64,000 nucleotides of DNA from Allofournierella sp. (lineage in GTDB: Bacteria > Bacillota > Clostridia > Oscillospirales > Ruminococcaceae): assembly GCA_020025635.1 (NCBI GenBank), contig JAHHRU010000003.1, forward strand, positions 33,218 through 97,217. Reading direction: 5' to 3'. The position numbers were made by a program, and so were the translations under genes. Below, in pieces: positions 35,684 through 44,829 of the stretch (position 1 is the stretch's first letter; each line of letters starts with the position of its first letter). The notes under the pieces were generated by a model. The model ran no database searches. It saw only the letters and a program-made list of their open reading frames with translations, and was not told the origin of the DNA.

Positions 35684-36805
35684 ATGAAATACTGCAAGAA
35701 ATGCACCATGCCGGACACCCGTCCCGGAATCACCTTTGACGAAGAGGGCGTTTGCAGCGCCTGCCGCCATTATGAGCACCGCAAAGAAGTGGACTGGGCC
35801 GCCCGCTGGAAGGAATTCGAAGCCCTTTGTGACAAATACCGCGGCTGCAACGGCCCCGGCGGCTATGACTGTGCCGTGGCTGCAAGCGGCGGCAAGGACA
35901 GCCACTTCCAGGTCTACATCCTGAAGGAAGTCATGCACATGAACCCCATCCTGTTCTGTGCCGAGGACAACTTCCCCATGACCGAAGCCGGCAAGCACAA
36001 CCTGAAAAACATCTCGGAGGCCTTCGGCTGCCCCATCATCAGCTGCAAGCCCAACATCAAGGCCCAGAAGATCCTGATGCGTGCCTTCTTTGAAAAGTAC
36101 GGCAAGCCCACCTGGTATATCGACCGTCTGATCTACACCTTTCCTTTGCACATGGCCCTCAAGTTCAACACCCCGCTTCTGTGCTACGGCGAGAACGTGA
36201 GCTTTGAATACGGCGGAAACGCAGACGAAGAGACTTACAGCGCCCGGGGCCAGATCGAAAACGGCGTGGCCGTCGGCTTCCCGGATGATGAGCTGGTCAG
36301 CTACGGCGTTTCGCTCAACGACCTTGCCCTGACCAAGGCCCCCACCCCAGAAGAGCTGCAGCGGCTGGACCCCTTCTACATGAGCTACTTTTTGCCCTGG
36401 AACAGCTACAAGAACTATATGATTGCCAAGGAGCACGGCTTCCACGATCTGACCCACGAGTGGGACCGCACCCATCACGCCGAAAACTTCGACCAGATCG
36501 ACAGCCCGGCTTATCTGGTGCACTCCTGGCTCAAGTACCCCAAATTCGGCCATGCTGCCGCCACCGATTACACCGCCCGCTACATCCGCTACGGCATGAT
36601 GACCCGGGAAGAAGCCATTCCCATCATCAAAGAGCGGGACGGCAGCCTGGACCCCCGCTGTGTGCGTGAGTTCTGCGAGTTCTGCGGCTACACCGAGAAG
36701 GAATTCTGGGCCATCATTGACAAATTCTACAACCGCGACCTCTTCTACAAAGATGAATTCGGCCGCTGGATGCTGAAAGAACCCATCTGGAACGAAAACA
36801 AGTGA
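35684..36805 (+). CDS. N-acetyl sugar amidotransferase (PP-loop ATPase; PseA/WbuX/WbpG family)
   Basis: MKYCKKCTMPDTRPGITFDEEGVCSAC zinc-ribbon N-terminus, then the AASGGKDS PP-loop. I prefer the ATG at 35684. Confidence 0.85.
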   Translation: MKYCKKCTMPDTRPGITFDEEGVCSACRHYEHRKEVDWAARWKEFEALCDKYRGCNGPGGYDCAVAASGGKDSHFQVYILKEVMHMNPILFCAEDNFPMTEAGKHNLKNISEAFGCPIISCKPNIKAQKILMRAFFEKYGKPTWYIDRLIYTFPLHMALKFNTPLLCYGENVSFEYGGNADEETYSARGQIENGVAVGFPDDELVSYGVSLNDLALTKAPTPEELQRLDPFYMSYFLPWNSYKNYMIAKEHGFHDLTHEWDRTHHAENFDQIDSPAYLVHSWLKYPKFGHAAATDYTARYIRYGMMTREEAIPIIKERDGSLDPRCVREFCEFCGYTEKEFWAIIDKFYNRDLFYKDEFGRWMLKEPIWNENK

Positions 36806-36813
36806 TTTGAAAG

Positions 36814-36852
36814 AAAACCTGCTTTCCCTTCAAACGGGAGGCAGGTTTTTTT
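36814..36852 (+). terminator. rho-independent terminator after the amidotransferase
   Basis: AAAACCTGCTTTCCC-loop-GGGAGGCAGGTTTTTTT. Confidence 0.7.
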
Positions 36853-37008
36853 ATCCGGCTTTGCGGCTTTCAGAAGAATTTGTCTTTTTGTGCGGATATT
36901 CGTCCAAATCTGCCGGTTTTATACATCCGCATAAAATTGACTCTGTTTTTTTTGCGGGGTTTCTTTTATAATAACTGTAACATCACAAAACACGGAAAGG
37001 AGCGCACC

Positions 37009-38136
37009 ATGAACATTCTGATCATGTCCTGCAATACCGGCGGAGGCCACAACGCAGCAGCCCAGGCGGTTGCTCAGGCCCTGCGCCGCCGCGGCCACAC
37101 CTGCAAGGTGGTGGACTTTCTGGCCCTTGCCAGCGACTTTGTTTCCAAAGAAGTCTGCGGGGCTTATGTTGCGGTGGTGAACCGGGCTCCCAAAATGTTC
37201 AACCTGCTTTATAAGGCAGGTGCGGCAGTGTCCACCCCCCATCACAAATCCCCCATCTACTATATCAACAAATGCTTTGTCCGCCGTCTGCGGCAGGAAT
37301 TTGCCGCAAACCACTATGATGCGGTTGTTGTGAGCCATATTTTTGCGGCACAGGCGCTCACTGCCCTGCGCAAAAAGGGCGAGCTGGACATTCCCTTTAT
37401 TTCCATCACCACCGACTACACCTGCAGCCCCTTCTGGGAGGAAGTCCTCTGCGACTGCATGACCATTCCCCACCCGGATCTGATCGAAGAATTCGTTCAG
37501 CACGGGGTAGACCCCAGCCTGCTGCTGCCCTGCGGCATTCCGGTGAGCGAGGAGTGCTCACAGGAGCTGACCCAGCAGCAGGCCCGGGAGATGCTGGACC
37601 TGCCGCAGGAGCGCCCGGTGGTGCTGCTTGCCGGCGGCAGCATGGGCCACGGCAACCAGAAGGACCTGATCGACGCCTTGCTTTCCCGCCAGCGCTTTGA
37701 GCCGTACATTGTTGTGGTCTGCGGCTCCAACAAAGCCGAAAAGGAGTCTTTGGAAAAGCGCTATGCAAAACGGGACGATGTCCAGATCCGTGGCTATGAG
37801 CGCCGCCTGCCTTTGCTCATGCGGGCAGCGGATGTGACCTTCACCAAGCCCGGCGGCCTTTCCAGCACCGAGGCAGCTGTGGTGGGCACCCCGCTGATTT
37901 TCCGAAATGCCATTCCCGGGTGTGAAACCTACAATCAAAACTTTTTTGTGAGCCGCGGCATGGCCTATGCGCCCGACAGCGCCCGCACCCAAAGCAAGGC
38001 TGCCCGCCTTCTCTGCACCGGCCCCGAGCACCGGGATGCCATGCTCACCGCCCAAAAGGGCATTCCAAACCGGGCGGCAGACGCCGTGTGCGACAAGCTG
38101 GAACAGCTTTGGGCCGAAAGGGGGAACCAGCCGTGA
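37009..38136 (+). CDS. MGDG-synthase family glycosyltransferase (GT28; diacylglycerol glycosyltransferase-like)
   Basis: MNILIMSCNTGGGHNAAAQA N-terminus, typical of UgtP/MGDG-synthase-like enzymes. ATG at 37009 after GGAAAGGAG. The track start at 36880 is rejected. Confidence 0.78.
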   Translation: MNILIMSCNTGGGHNAAAQAVAQALRRRGHTCKVVDFLALASDFVSKEVCGAYVAVVNRAPKMFNLLYKAGAAVSTPHHKSPIYYINKCFVRRLRQEFAANHYDAVVVSHIFAAQALTALRKKGELDIPFISITTDYTCSPFWEEVLCDCMTIPHPDLIEEFVQHGVDPSLLLPCGIPVSEECSQELTQQQAREMLDLPQERPVVLLAGGSMGHGNQKDLIDALLSRQRFEPYIVVVCGSNKAEKESLEKRYAKRDDVQIRGYERRLPLLMRAADVTFTKPGGLSSTEAAVVGTPLIFRNAIPGCETYNQNFFVSRGMAYAPDSARTQSKAARLLCTGPEHRDAMLTAQKGIPNRAADAVCDKLEQLWAERGNQP

Positions 38137-38759
38137 TCGTTCTGTTTGCGGTCCTTGGTTTTTTAAGCGGCAGCATTTTGTACAGTGCCTTTCTGCCCCT
38201 TGTGCTGAAAGGGGTGGATGTGCGCACCGAGGCTGCGGATCACAACCCCGGTGCAGCCAACGCCTTCAAATACGGCGGCAGGGCCGTGGGCATCCTGTCG
38301 CTTTTCTGCGATCTCGCCAAAGGGTATCTGCCGGTCTGGCTTGCGCTGAATTATGTAACAGCGGACACTCCCGGCTTTTCGCTGGTGATCGCCGCGCCGG
38401 TTCTGGGCCACGCTTTTTCGCCCTTTGCGCATTTCAAGGGCGGCAAGGCCATTGCCGCTTCGTTTGGCGCTTTGCTGGCTCTTCTGCCGCAGGATGCGGT
38501 GGTGCTGCATCTGGCATTCTGGTATATTTTCTTTTCTGTGCTGGTCGTGGTGCGCCCGCACGCCGTGCGCACCATCCTCGCCTTCGCTCTCACGGCTTTG
38601 TGGGCTCTCAAGGCTTCGGTGGCGCCCATTGCGTTCGGCGTGTTCCTTGTCTTTTGCACCACCGGCTGGCGGCATCTTCCGTCTGTGCACCAAGCTCCAT
38701 TCAGCATCCGGCTGATCGGGTTCAAAAGCCTGCCCCGGTTCAGTGCCGGTTCCCAATGA
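38133..38759 (+). CDS. plsY: glycerol-3-phosphate acyltransferase PlsY
   Basis: GSGNxGATN-like HNPGAANAFK, DxxKG (CDLAKGYLPV), FKGGKA. GTG start overlaps the upstream stop (GTGA). Confidence 0.88.
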   Translation: MIVLFAVLGFLSGSILYSAFLPLVLKGVDVRTEAADHNPGAANAFKYGGRAVGILSLFCDLAKGYLPVWLALNYVTADTPGFSLVIAAPVLGHAFSPFAHFKGGKAIAASFGALLALLPQDAVVLHLAFWYIFFSVLVVVRPHAVRTILAFALTALWALKASVAPIAFGVFLVFCTTGWRHLPSVHQAPFSIRLIGFKSLPRFSAGSQ

Positions 38760-38878
38760 GCCCTTCCCGGAAAGGAGCGCTTTGCGTGCCCTTTTTCGGG
38801 ATTTTTGTTTTTCACCCACAAAACTCTTTCCCTCTGTGTTACAATAGAACTATCCTGATCATAAGCGAGGTGCTTTTT

Positions 38879-39427
38879 ATGAACAATGAACTCCTGACCG
38901 AAACCGCCGCACAGGCGGCCCGGGAACTTTTGGAGGCCGCCCGGCTGAAAGCCGGTGACATCCTGGTGGTGGGCTGCTCTTCCAGTGAGATCGTCGGCGA
39001 GCAGATCGGCCACGGCTCCAGCATGGAGGCCGCCCAGGCCGTTTTCAACGGCATCTATCCGGTTTTGAAGCAGGCGGGGGTGTATCTTGCCGCCCAGTGC
39101 TGTGAGCACCTGAACCGGGCCATCATTCTGGAAGAAAAGGCCCTTCCCTATGGGGTCCGGCCGGTCAATGTGGTGCCTCAGCCCAAGGCAGGCGGCAGCT
39201 TTGCCACCACCTGCTGGCAGAATTTTGAAAACCCGGTGGCCCTGGAAGCCATTCAGGCGGATGCCGGCATGGATATCGGCGACACCCTCATCGGTATGCA
39301 CCTGAAGCCGGTGGCGGTGCCGGTCCGGCTTTCCATGCGCAAACTGGGCCAGGCAAATCTGGTATGCGCCCGCACCCGGCTCAAATTTATCGGCGGCAGC
39401 CGGGCAGCTTACCAGCCGGAGGTGTAA
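38879..39427 (+). CDS. TIGR01440/UPF0340 family protein
   Basis: 182 aa from the ATG at 38879. GDILVVGCSSSEIVGEQIG...AAQCCEHLNRA pattern. The upstream 300 aa of the track ORF overlap plsY and the intergenic region and are rejected. Confidence 0.8.
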   Translation: MNNELLTETAAQAARELLEAARLKAGDILVVGCSSSEIVGEQIGHGSSMEAAQAVFNGIYPVLKQAGVYLAAQCCEHLNRAIILEEKALPYGVRPVNVVPQPKAGGSFATTCWQNFENPVALEAIQADAGMDIGDTLIGMHLKPVAVPVRLSMRKLGQANLVCARTRLKFIGGSRAAYQPEV

Positions 39428-39431
39428 CACC

Positions 39432-40145
39432 ATGACGGAACTGGAACAGCTGCAAACCCGGGTGGAAAAAGTCCGCCGGCGGATGAACGCAGCCTGTGCC
39501 CGGGCCGGCCGGGACCCTTCCTCGGTTTTATTGTGCGCCGCCAGCAAGACCCAGACCCCTGCCACGGTGGCGCTGGCCGCCGGCCTTCCCATCGATCTTT
39601 TCGGCGAAAACCGGGTGCAGGAGCTGGTGGAAAAAAGCAGTGCCGGCGCCTACGGCAGCACTCCTTTGCATTTCATCGGCCACCTGCAAACCAACAAGGT
39701 GCGCCAGGTGGTGGGCACCGCAAGCCTTCTGCACTCCATCGACTCGGAAAAGCTTCTGCGGGCCGTGGAAAAAGAGGCCGCCCGAAAGGGCATCGTGCAG
39801 GATGTTCTTTTGGAAGTGAACCTTGCCGGCGAAGAAAGCAAAAGCGGCGTTCTGCCAAAGGATCTTCCCGCACTTGCCGCTTTGAGCGAAGATTTTCTGC
39901 ATCTGCGGGTGCTGGGGCTCATGTGTGTGCCGCCCCGCACCTGTGATGTATCCGCCCAGCACAGAGCCTTTGAAACCATGCGCCGACTTTCGGCCCAGAT
40001 TTCCGGGCTGGGGCTTTCCAGGGCTCGGATGCAGCATCTCAGCATGGGCATGAGCGGCGATTTTGAAGCCGCCATCGAAGAGGGGGCCACCATCATCCGG
40101 GTGGGCACCTCGATTTTCGGCCCGCGCAGTTACCCCACCGTTTGA
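39432..40145 (+). CDS. yggS: YggS family pyridoxal-phosphate homeostasis protein
   Basis: 237 aa. ASKTQ (PLP Lys), FGENRVQE, HFIGHLQTNKV, and MGMSGDFE...GATIIRVGTSIFG. Confidence 0.9.
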   Translation: MTELEQLQTRVEKVRRRMNAACARAGRDPSSVLLCAASKTQTPATVALAAGLPIDLFGENRVQELVEKSSAGAYGSTPLHFIGHLQTNKVRQVVGTASLLHSIDSEKLLRAVEKEAARKGIVQDVLLEVNLAGEESKSGVLPKDLPALAALSEDFLHLRVLGLMCVPPRTCDVSAQHRAFETMRRLSAQISGLGLSRARMQHLSMGMSGDFEAAIEEGATIIRVGTSIFGPRSYPTV

Positions 40146-40392
40146 GTTTTCACCAATTTTCCAAAGATGGCGGGAATTTTGGCCGTGCATTGTGCCAAAC
40201 CTTCGTTTCCCCCTTGAAAAGCGGTTGGCGGTATGTGTATTATTATAGAAATAAGGTTTACCGTTTGACGATCTCAAACTGTATGCACCCACCAATTCCT
40301 TTGAGATTTTGTCCGCAACAGCGGCAGGCCCCTGCGCCTGCCGCTGTTGCCTGTATTACCGCCCGCTTTACCAGACCAAATCGAGGTACATC

Positions 40393-41259
40393 ATGAAGCA
40401 CAGTACATTTTCTCACCAACTGAAAAACCTGCTGCTGGTCCTTTCCGGCAATGCTCTGTATGCGCTGGCTGTGAGCATGTTCATCCTTCCAGCCGGGCTC
40501 ATCACCGGCGGCACCACCGGCCTTGCCCTGCTGGCGCAGTATTATCTGCATATCCCGGTGCCTGTTTTTGTCATGTTCTCCAATGTGATCATGTTCCTGC
40601 TGGGCGCTTTGGTCATGGGCCGGTGGTTTGCCTTCAACACCGCCATTTCCACCTTCTGCTATCCGCTTCTGCTGGAGCTGTTCTGCTCGATCCCCGGCAT
40701 CGATCAAGTAACCGATGACCGGCTGCTTGCCACCATCTTCGGCGGTCTGATGGTGGGTGTGGCCATCGGCATGGTGATCGGTGCGGGCGCTTCCAGCGGC
40801 GGCATGGACATCCCTCCCATCATCCTGAACAAATTCTTCGGCATCCCCATTTCGGCCTCCATGTACACCATAGACTTTCTCATCCTGCTGGGCCAGATGT
40901 TCTTTGCCGATAAGGACCAGATCCTTTACGGCGTTCTGCTGGTGCTGCTGTACACCCTGGTTCTGGAAAAAGTGGTGCTGATGGGCCACTCCAAAATTCA
41001 GGTGAAGATCCTCAGCGATAAAAGCGAGGATATCCGCAAGCTGGTGCTCACCGTTCTGGACCGGGGCTGCACCCTGCTTCATGCCAAAACCGGCTTTGCC
41101 CAGGAAGAGCGGGACATGCTGCTCACCGTTGTGACCAACCGGGAGCTGGCAAAGCTCAACCATCTGGTCCTTGAGATCGACCCGCAGGCCTTTATCATCA
41201 CCAGCTCCGTGAACGAGGTGCACGGCCGGGGCTTTACCATGTGCAAAATTTACAAGTAA
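40393..41259 (+). CDS. YitT family membrane protein (with DUF2179 C-terminal domain)
   Basis: MKHSTF...LSGNALYALAVSMFILPAGLITGGTTGLAL, and C-terminal TVVTNRELAKLNHLVLEIDPQAFI. ATG at 40393. Confidence 0.82.
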   Translation: MKHSTFSHQLKNLLLVLSGNALYALAVSMFILPAGLITGGTTGLALLAQYYLHIPVPVFVMFSNVIMFLLGALVMGRWFAFNTAISTFCYPLLLELFCSIPGIDQVTDDRLLATIFGGLMVGVAIGMVIGAGASSGGMDIPPIILNKFFGIPISASMYTIDFLILLGQMFFADKDQILYGVLLVLLYTLVLEKVVLMGHSKIQVKILSDKSEDIRKLVLTVLDRGCTLLHAKTGFAQEERDMLLTVVTNRELAKLNHLVLEIDPQAFIITSSVNEVHGRGFTMCKIYK

Positions 41260-41272
41260 CCGAGGCTTTTTT

Positions 41273-42637
41273 ATGAAAATGGAAAACGATCTGGGCCGTG
41301 ACCCCATTCCCCGTCTGGTTTTGCGTGTGGCACTGCCCAGTATGCTGGCGCAATTCGTAAGCGTTCTTTACAGCATTGTGGACCGTATGTACATCGGCAA
41401 CATCCCCCAGGTCGGCAAGCTGGCCCTGGCCGGTGCCGGTGTGTGCGGCCCCATTGTGACCATGGTCGGCGCTTTTGCCTTTCTGGTGGGCATCGGCGGC
41501 TCGCCTATGATGAGCATCCGCATGGGCAGCGGCGACAATGAAGGTGCCAGGCGCATCCTTTCCAACTGCTTTCTGCTTTTGTGCGGCCTTTCGGTGGTGC
41601 TCATGGGCGGCGCTTACCTTACCCGCAAGCCGGTCCTGATGATGTTCGGTGCCAGCGAGGCCACCCTGCCGTTTGCTTTGCGGTACTACACGGTTTATCT
41701 CAGCGGCACCCTGTTTGCCCTGCTGGCAACAGGCCTCAACCAGTTCATCATCTGCCAGGGCTACTCCCAGAAGGGCATGAAATCGGTGCTGCTGGGCGCT
41801 GTTCTGAACATTGTTCTGGACCCCCTCTTTATTTTTGTTTTTAAAATGGGTGTTTCCGGTGCGGCTGTGGCAACGGTGCTCAGCCAACTGGCCAGCTGCA
41901 TCTATGTGCTGCACTTTCTGTTCGGCCCCACCCCGCCGGTGCGCATCACCTTCGGCGGCTATGATATCCGGCTGATGGGCCGGGTGATTGCACTGGGCTT
42001 TACCCCCTTTGCCATTGTGGTAATGGACAACCTGATGTTCATCGGCCTCAACACCCTTTTGCAGAAATACGGCGGCCCGGCCGAGGGGGACCTGCTCATT
42101 GCGGCCGCCACCGTTGCCCAAAGCTTCATGCTGGTGGTGAACATGCCCATGTCCGGCATCACCGGCGGCACCGGCTCCATTTTGGGCTATAACTACGGTG
42201 CCGGCAACCCGCAGCGCATCCTGCAGGCGCAGAAATGGATCCTGGGCCTGTGCCTGATCTACACCAGCCTTTTGACCCTTGCCGGGCAGCTGATTCCCGG
42301 GCCGTTCGTTTCCATCTTTACCAGCGACCCCGCGGTGGCCCAGCGGGCGGTGTCTGCCATCCGCATCTGCGCCTTGGGGCTCATCCCCCTTTCCATTCAG
42401 TTCACCGTTGTGGACGGCTTTACCGGCATGGGCATGATGCGCTATGCGCTGCCCCTTTCGCTGTGCCGCAAGCTCATCTATTTCGTTCCGCTTTTCATTC
42501 TCCCCGCTCATTTCGGGGCCATGTCCATCTTCTATGCAGAGCCTATTTCGGATTTTCTCGCCCCTATGATCGGCCTTGCCGTTTATCTGTGGCGCATCCG
42601 CTATGTGATCGGCATGAAGCCCAAGGATCCCGACTGA
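41273..42637 (+). CDS. MATE family efflux transporter
   Basis: 454 aa. LALPSMLAQFVSVLYSIVDRMYIG N-terminal signature, 12 TM helices. Confidence 0.88.
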   Translation: MKMENDLGRDPIPRLVLRVALPSMLAQFVSVLYSIVDRMYIGNIPQVGKLALAGAGVCGPIVTMVGAFAFLVGIGGSPMMSIRMGSGDNEGARRILSNCFLLLCGLSVVLMGGAYLTRKPVLMMFGASEATLPFALRYYTVYLSGTLFALLATGLNQFIICQGYSQKGMKSVLLGAVLNIVLDPLFIFVFKMGVSGAAVATVLSQLASCIYVLHFLFGPTPPVRITFGGYDIRLMGRVIALGFTPFAIVVMDNLMFIGLNTLLQKYGGPAEGDLLIAAATVAQSFMLVVNMPMSGITGGTGSILGYNYGAGNPQRILQAQKWILGLCLIYTSLLTLAGQLIPGPFVSIFTSDPAVAQRAVSAIRICALGLIPLSIQFTVVDGFTGMGMMRYALPLSLCRKLIYFVPLFILPAHFGAMSIFYAEPISDFLAPMIGLAVYLWRIRYVIGMKPKDPD

Positions 42638-42640
42638 ACC

Positions 42641-42682
42641 AAAAAACACCCTCTGGAACAGATCGCTCCAGAGGGTGTTTTT
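42641..42682. terminator. bidirectional rho-independent terminator between convergent MATE and BlaR1-like genes
   Basis: AAAAAACACCCTCTGG-loop-CCAGAGGGTGTTTTT (A-run and T-run flank a 10-bp stem). Confidence 0.8.
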
Positions 42683-42687
42683 CCTGT

Positions 42688-44385
42688 TCAGCTGTTCTCT
42701 GCCGGGGTCTCTGTCCGGGCTGGCTGCCCATGGAGTTCCCCGCCGGTAAAAACAAATTTTTCCTTTACTTCCTTTGGCAGCACATCGCTTGCCGCTGCGG
42801 CGGCCTGCAGATAACCGGCCGGCTGCAAAAGACTCCCGTCCTTCAGCACCTCCAGGTGCAGGTGGCTGCCGGTGCTATTGCCGGTATGCCCCACCGTGGC
42901 GATCACATCTCCCGCTTTCACGGCATCGCCCTCCTTCACCTTCAGCTCTTTGCAGTGGGCGTACAGGGTGGAAAAGCCATCCGCACCTTCCAGCTCCACC
43001 CGGTTGCCATAGCTGTAATGGAAGCCGGCCGTTTTCACCGTTCCGTCCTGCATTGCCCGGATGGCCGTTTCCTCCGGGGCTTTGATATCGATTCCTTTGT
43101 GGTAGTTTTCCATCTTCCGGGATACTTCGCAGTCGCTCTCCGTTTCATCCAGCGGCCACACAAAGGCGGTTTCCGGCTGGGGCAGCTCTGCGTTCCCGGC
43201 CGGCAGTTCCAAAACTTCCGGCTGGGCTTTGCCTGCATCTTCTTTGCCTTCCGCCGGCTCTTCGGGCTGGTTTTCCGGTTCTTTTTGCGGTCTGCTTTCC
43301 GCTTCGCTTTCGGCATCCTTGGAGGTGCTCTCCACAAAAGCAGGCACAGCGGAAGATGTTTCAGCAAAAGTTTCCGGTTTGGGCGCACCGCAGCTTACCA
43401 GGATGCTGCCGGCGGCCACCAGAGCGGCCAAAGCGGCCAGCAGTGGGAGTCCCTTGCTCTTTTTGTTCAGTTCAAACATTTCCTGAAACCTCCTTTTCAG
43501 GTCTTTCCCAGCAGAAAATCCGGTGGAAAGGGTCAGCGCCCGCTCACGGCGCACCGTTTTAAGGCCGGCAAGCACCGCACTGCCATAGGCCTGCCTATAC
43601 GAAAGATCCCGCCCGGCCAGCACCGCTTCGTCGCAGCTCCGCTCCATATCCTGCCGGGCGGCCCGGGCCATCCAGTGCACCATCGGATCAAACCAGTGCA
43701 CCGCCTGGGCGGTCATCATCAAAAACTGGGCCGGAACATCCAGCCGCCGGGCATGGCAGGCCTCATGGGCCAGCACATAGGGCAGGTTTTCAGCACGCAC
43801 ACCCCCTTCGGGCAGGTACACCGCCGGGCGGCCCAGCCCCACCAGCATGGGGCTTTGGATGCCGCTTACCCGGTACACCCGCACCGGCCAGCCGAACTGC
43901 TGCTCTGCGGCCGCCTGCGTCTGCCTGTCTGCCAGCCGCCGCTTTTTCGCAAGGCGGATGCAGAACGCCCCATAGGCTGCAAGCCGCAGGCTCAAAAAAC
44001 CGGCAGCACCGGCCAGCCACAAAACAGGCAGCCAGTTCCGGTGTACCTCTGCCGGGGCAGGCATGGTGGCCGGCACGGGCCGCGGCTGTTCCTCTGCCTG
44101 CGGCAGCTTTTGTTCCAGCCGCATTTCGGGCATCGCCGGCGGGGCCTTTTCCAGCTCCTGCTGCACCAGCGTGGGCATGGGTGCCTTTACCGGCGCCTTG
44201 GGAAGGCTGAAATCAAAGGGCAGCGCCAGCCGCAGGGCCATCAGCAAAAATGCCAGCTGAAAAAAGCGGGGCGAAAGCCGTTTCCTGCCCGCCCTGCGCA
44301 GCCACAGAAGCGCCCCGATGAGCACCACTGCCCAGGGGGTGACTGCCAGCACCGCCGCAAACATCCCATTTAAGATGTGTTCCAT
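42688..44385 (-). CDS. BlaR1/MecR1-type M56 signal-transducing metalloprotease fused to a C-terminal M23 (LytM) peptidase domain
   Basis: ATG at 44385 (MEHILNG). Four TM helices with VLAHEACHARRLD (HEXXH). A TM plus Pro/Glu-rich linker. C-terminus has KGIDI...YAHC...GHTGNSTGSHLHLEV (M23 ligands). Confidence 0.82.
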   Translation of the reverse strand: MEHILNGMFAAVLAVTPWAVVLIGALLWLRRAGRKRLSPRFFQLAFLLMALRLALPFDFSLPKAPVKAPMPTLVQQELEKAPPAMPEMRLEQKLPQAEEQPRPVPATMPAPAEVHRNWLPVLWLAGAAGFLSLRLAAYGAFCIRLAKKRRLADRQTQAAAEQQFGWPVRVYRVSGIQSPMLVGLGRPAVYLPEGGVRAENLPYVLAHEACHARRLDVPAQFLMMTAQAVHWFDPMVHWMARAARQDMERSCDEAVLAGRDLSYRQAYGSAVLAGLKTVRRERALTLSTGFSAGKDLKRRFQEMFELNKKSKGLPLLAALAALVAAGSILVSCGAPKPETFAETSSAVPAFVESTSKDAESEAESRPQKEPENQPEEPAEGKEDAGKAQPEVLELPAGNAELPQPETAFVWPLDETESDCEVSRKMENYHKGIDIKAPEETAIRAMQDGTVKTAGFHYSYGNRVELEGADGFSTLYAHCKELKVKEGDAVKAGDVIATVGHTGNSTGSHLHLEVLKDGSLLQPAGYLQAAAAASDVLPKEVKEKFVFTGGELHGQPARTETPAENS

Positions 44386-44386
44386 T

Positions 44387-44767
44387 TTACTTCCTCCCGG
44401 CGTTTCGAATGATCTCCTCCAGCTCGGCCAGGTCGGCACCGGTGAGGTTTTCCTCGTTCACCAGCGCCGCCACCATGCTTTTCACGGAGTTTTTGTAATA
44501 CCGGCGCAGCAGGCCTTTGGTTTCGGTGCGCCGGTATTCCTCTTCGCTCACCAGCGCTTTGTAAAGGGTGAAGCGCCCCTTGCGGCTCACCTCTGCAAAC
44601 CCTTTTTCGGCAAGGCGTGTGAGCAGCGCCTTCACGGTGGAAAGGGTCCACTCCCGGTCGATTTCGGCCAGCACCTGTGCGGTGCGAATGGGCTCTTTGT
44701 GCTGCCACAGAACCAGCATCACCTCAAGCTCTGAATCCGGCAGCTTTGTTTTGGAAAGATCGTTCAT
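44387..44767 (-). CDS. BlaI/MecI/CopY family transcriptional repressor
   Basis: 126 aa. SELEVMLVLWQ...TVKALLTRLAEKG winged-helix pattern. Lies directly upstream of the M56 gene. Confidence 0.9.
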   Translation of the reverse strand: MNDLSKTKLPDSELEVMLVLWQHKEPIRTAQVLAEIDREWTLSTVKALLTRLAEKGFAEVSRKGRFTLYKALVSEEEYRRTETKGLLRRYYKNSVKSMVAALVNEENLTGADLAELEEIIRNAGRK

Positions 44768-44786
44768 GATATCAGCTCGCTTTCAT

Positions 44787-44798
44787 TGACATTTGTCA
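44787..44798. promoter_or_regulatory. candidate BlaI-family operator dyad 1
   Basis: Perfect palindrome TGACA-TT-TGTCA, 20 nt upstream of the blaI-like ATG. Confidence 0.5.
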
Positions 44799-44829
44799 TT
44801 GTAATCAGGATACCAATTTCATTTATATT

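Noticed and set aside
37967-38878. Upstream 300 aa of the 486-aa ORF (37967..39427)
   Set aside because: It overlaps the GT28 and plsY genes in another frame and crosses an intergenic region. Only the last 182 aa (TIGR01440-like, ATG at 38879) look genuine.
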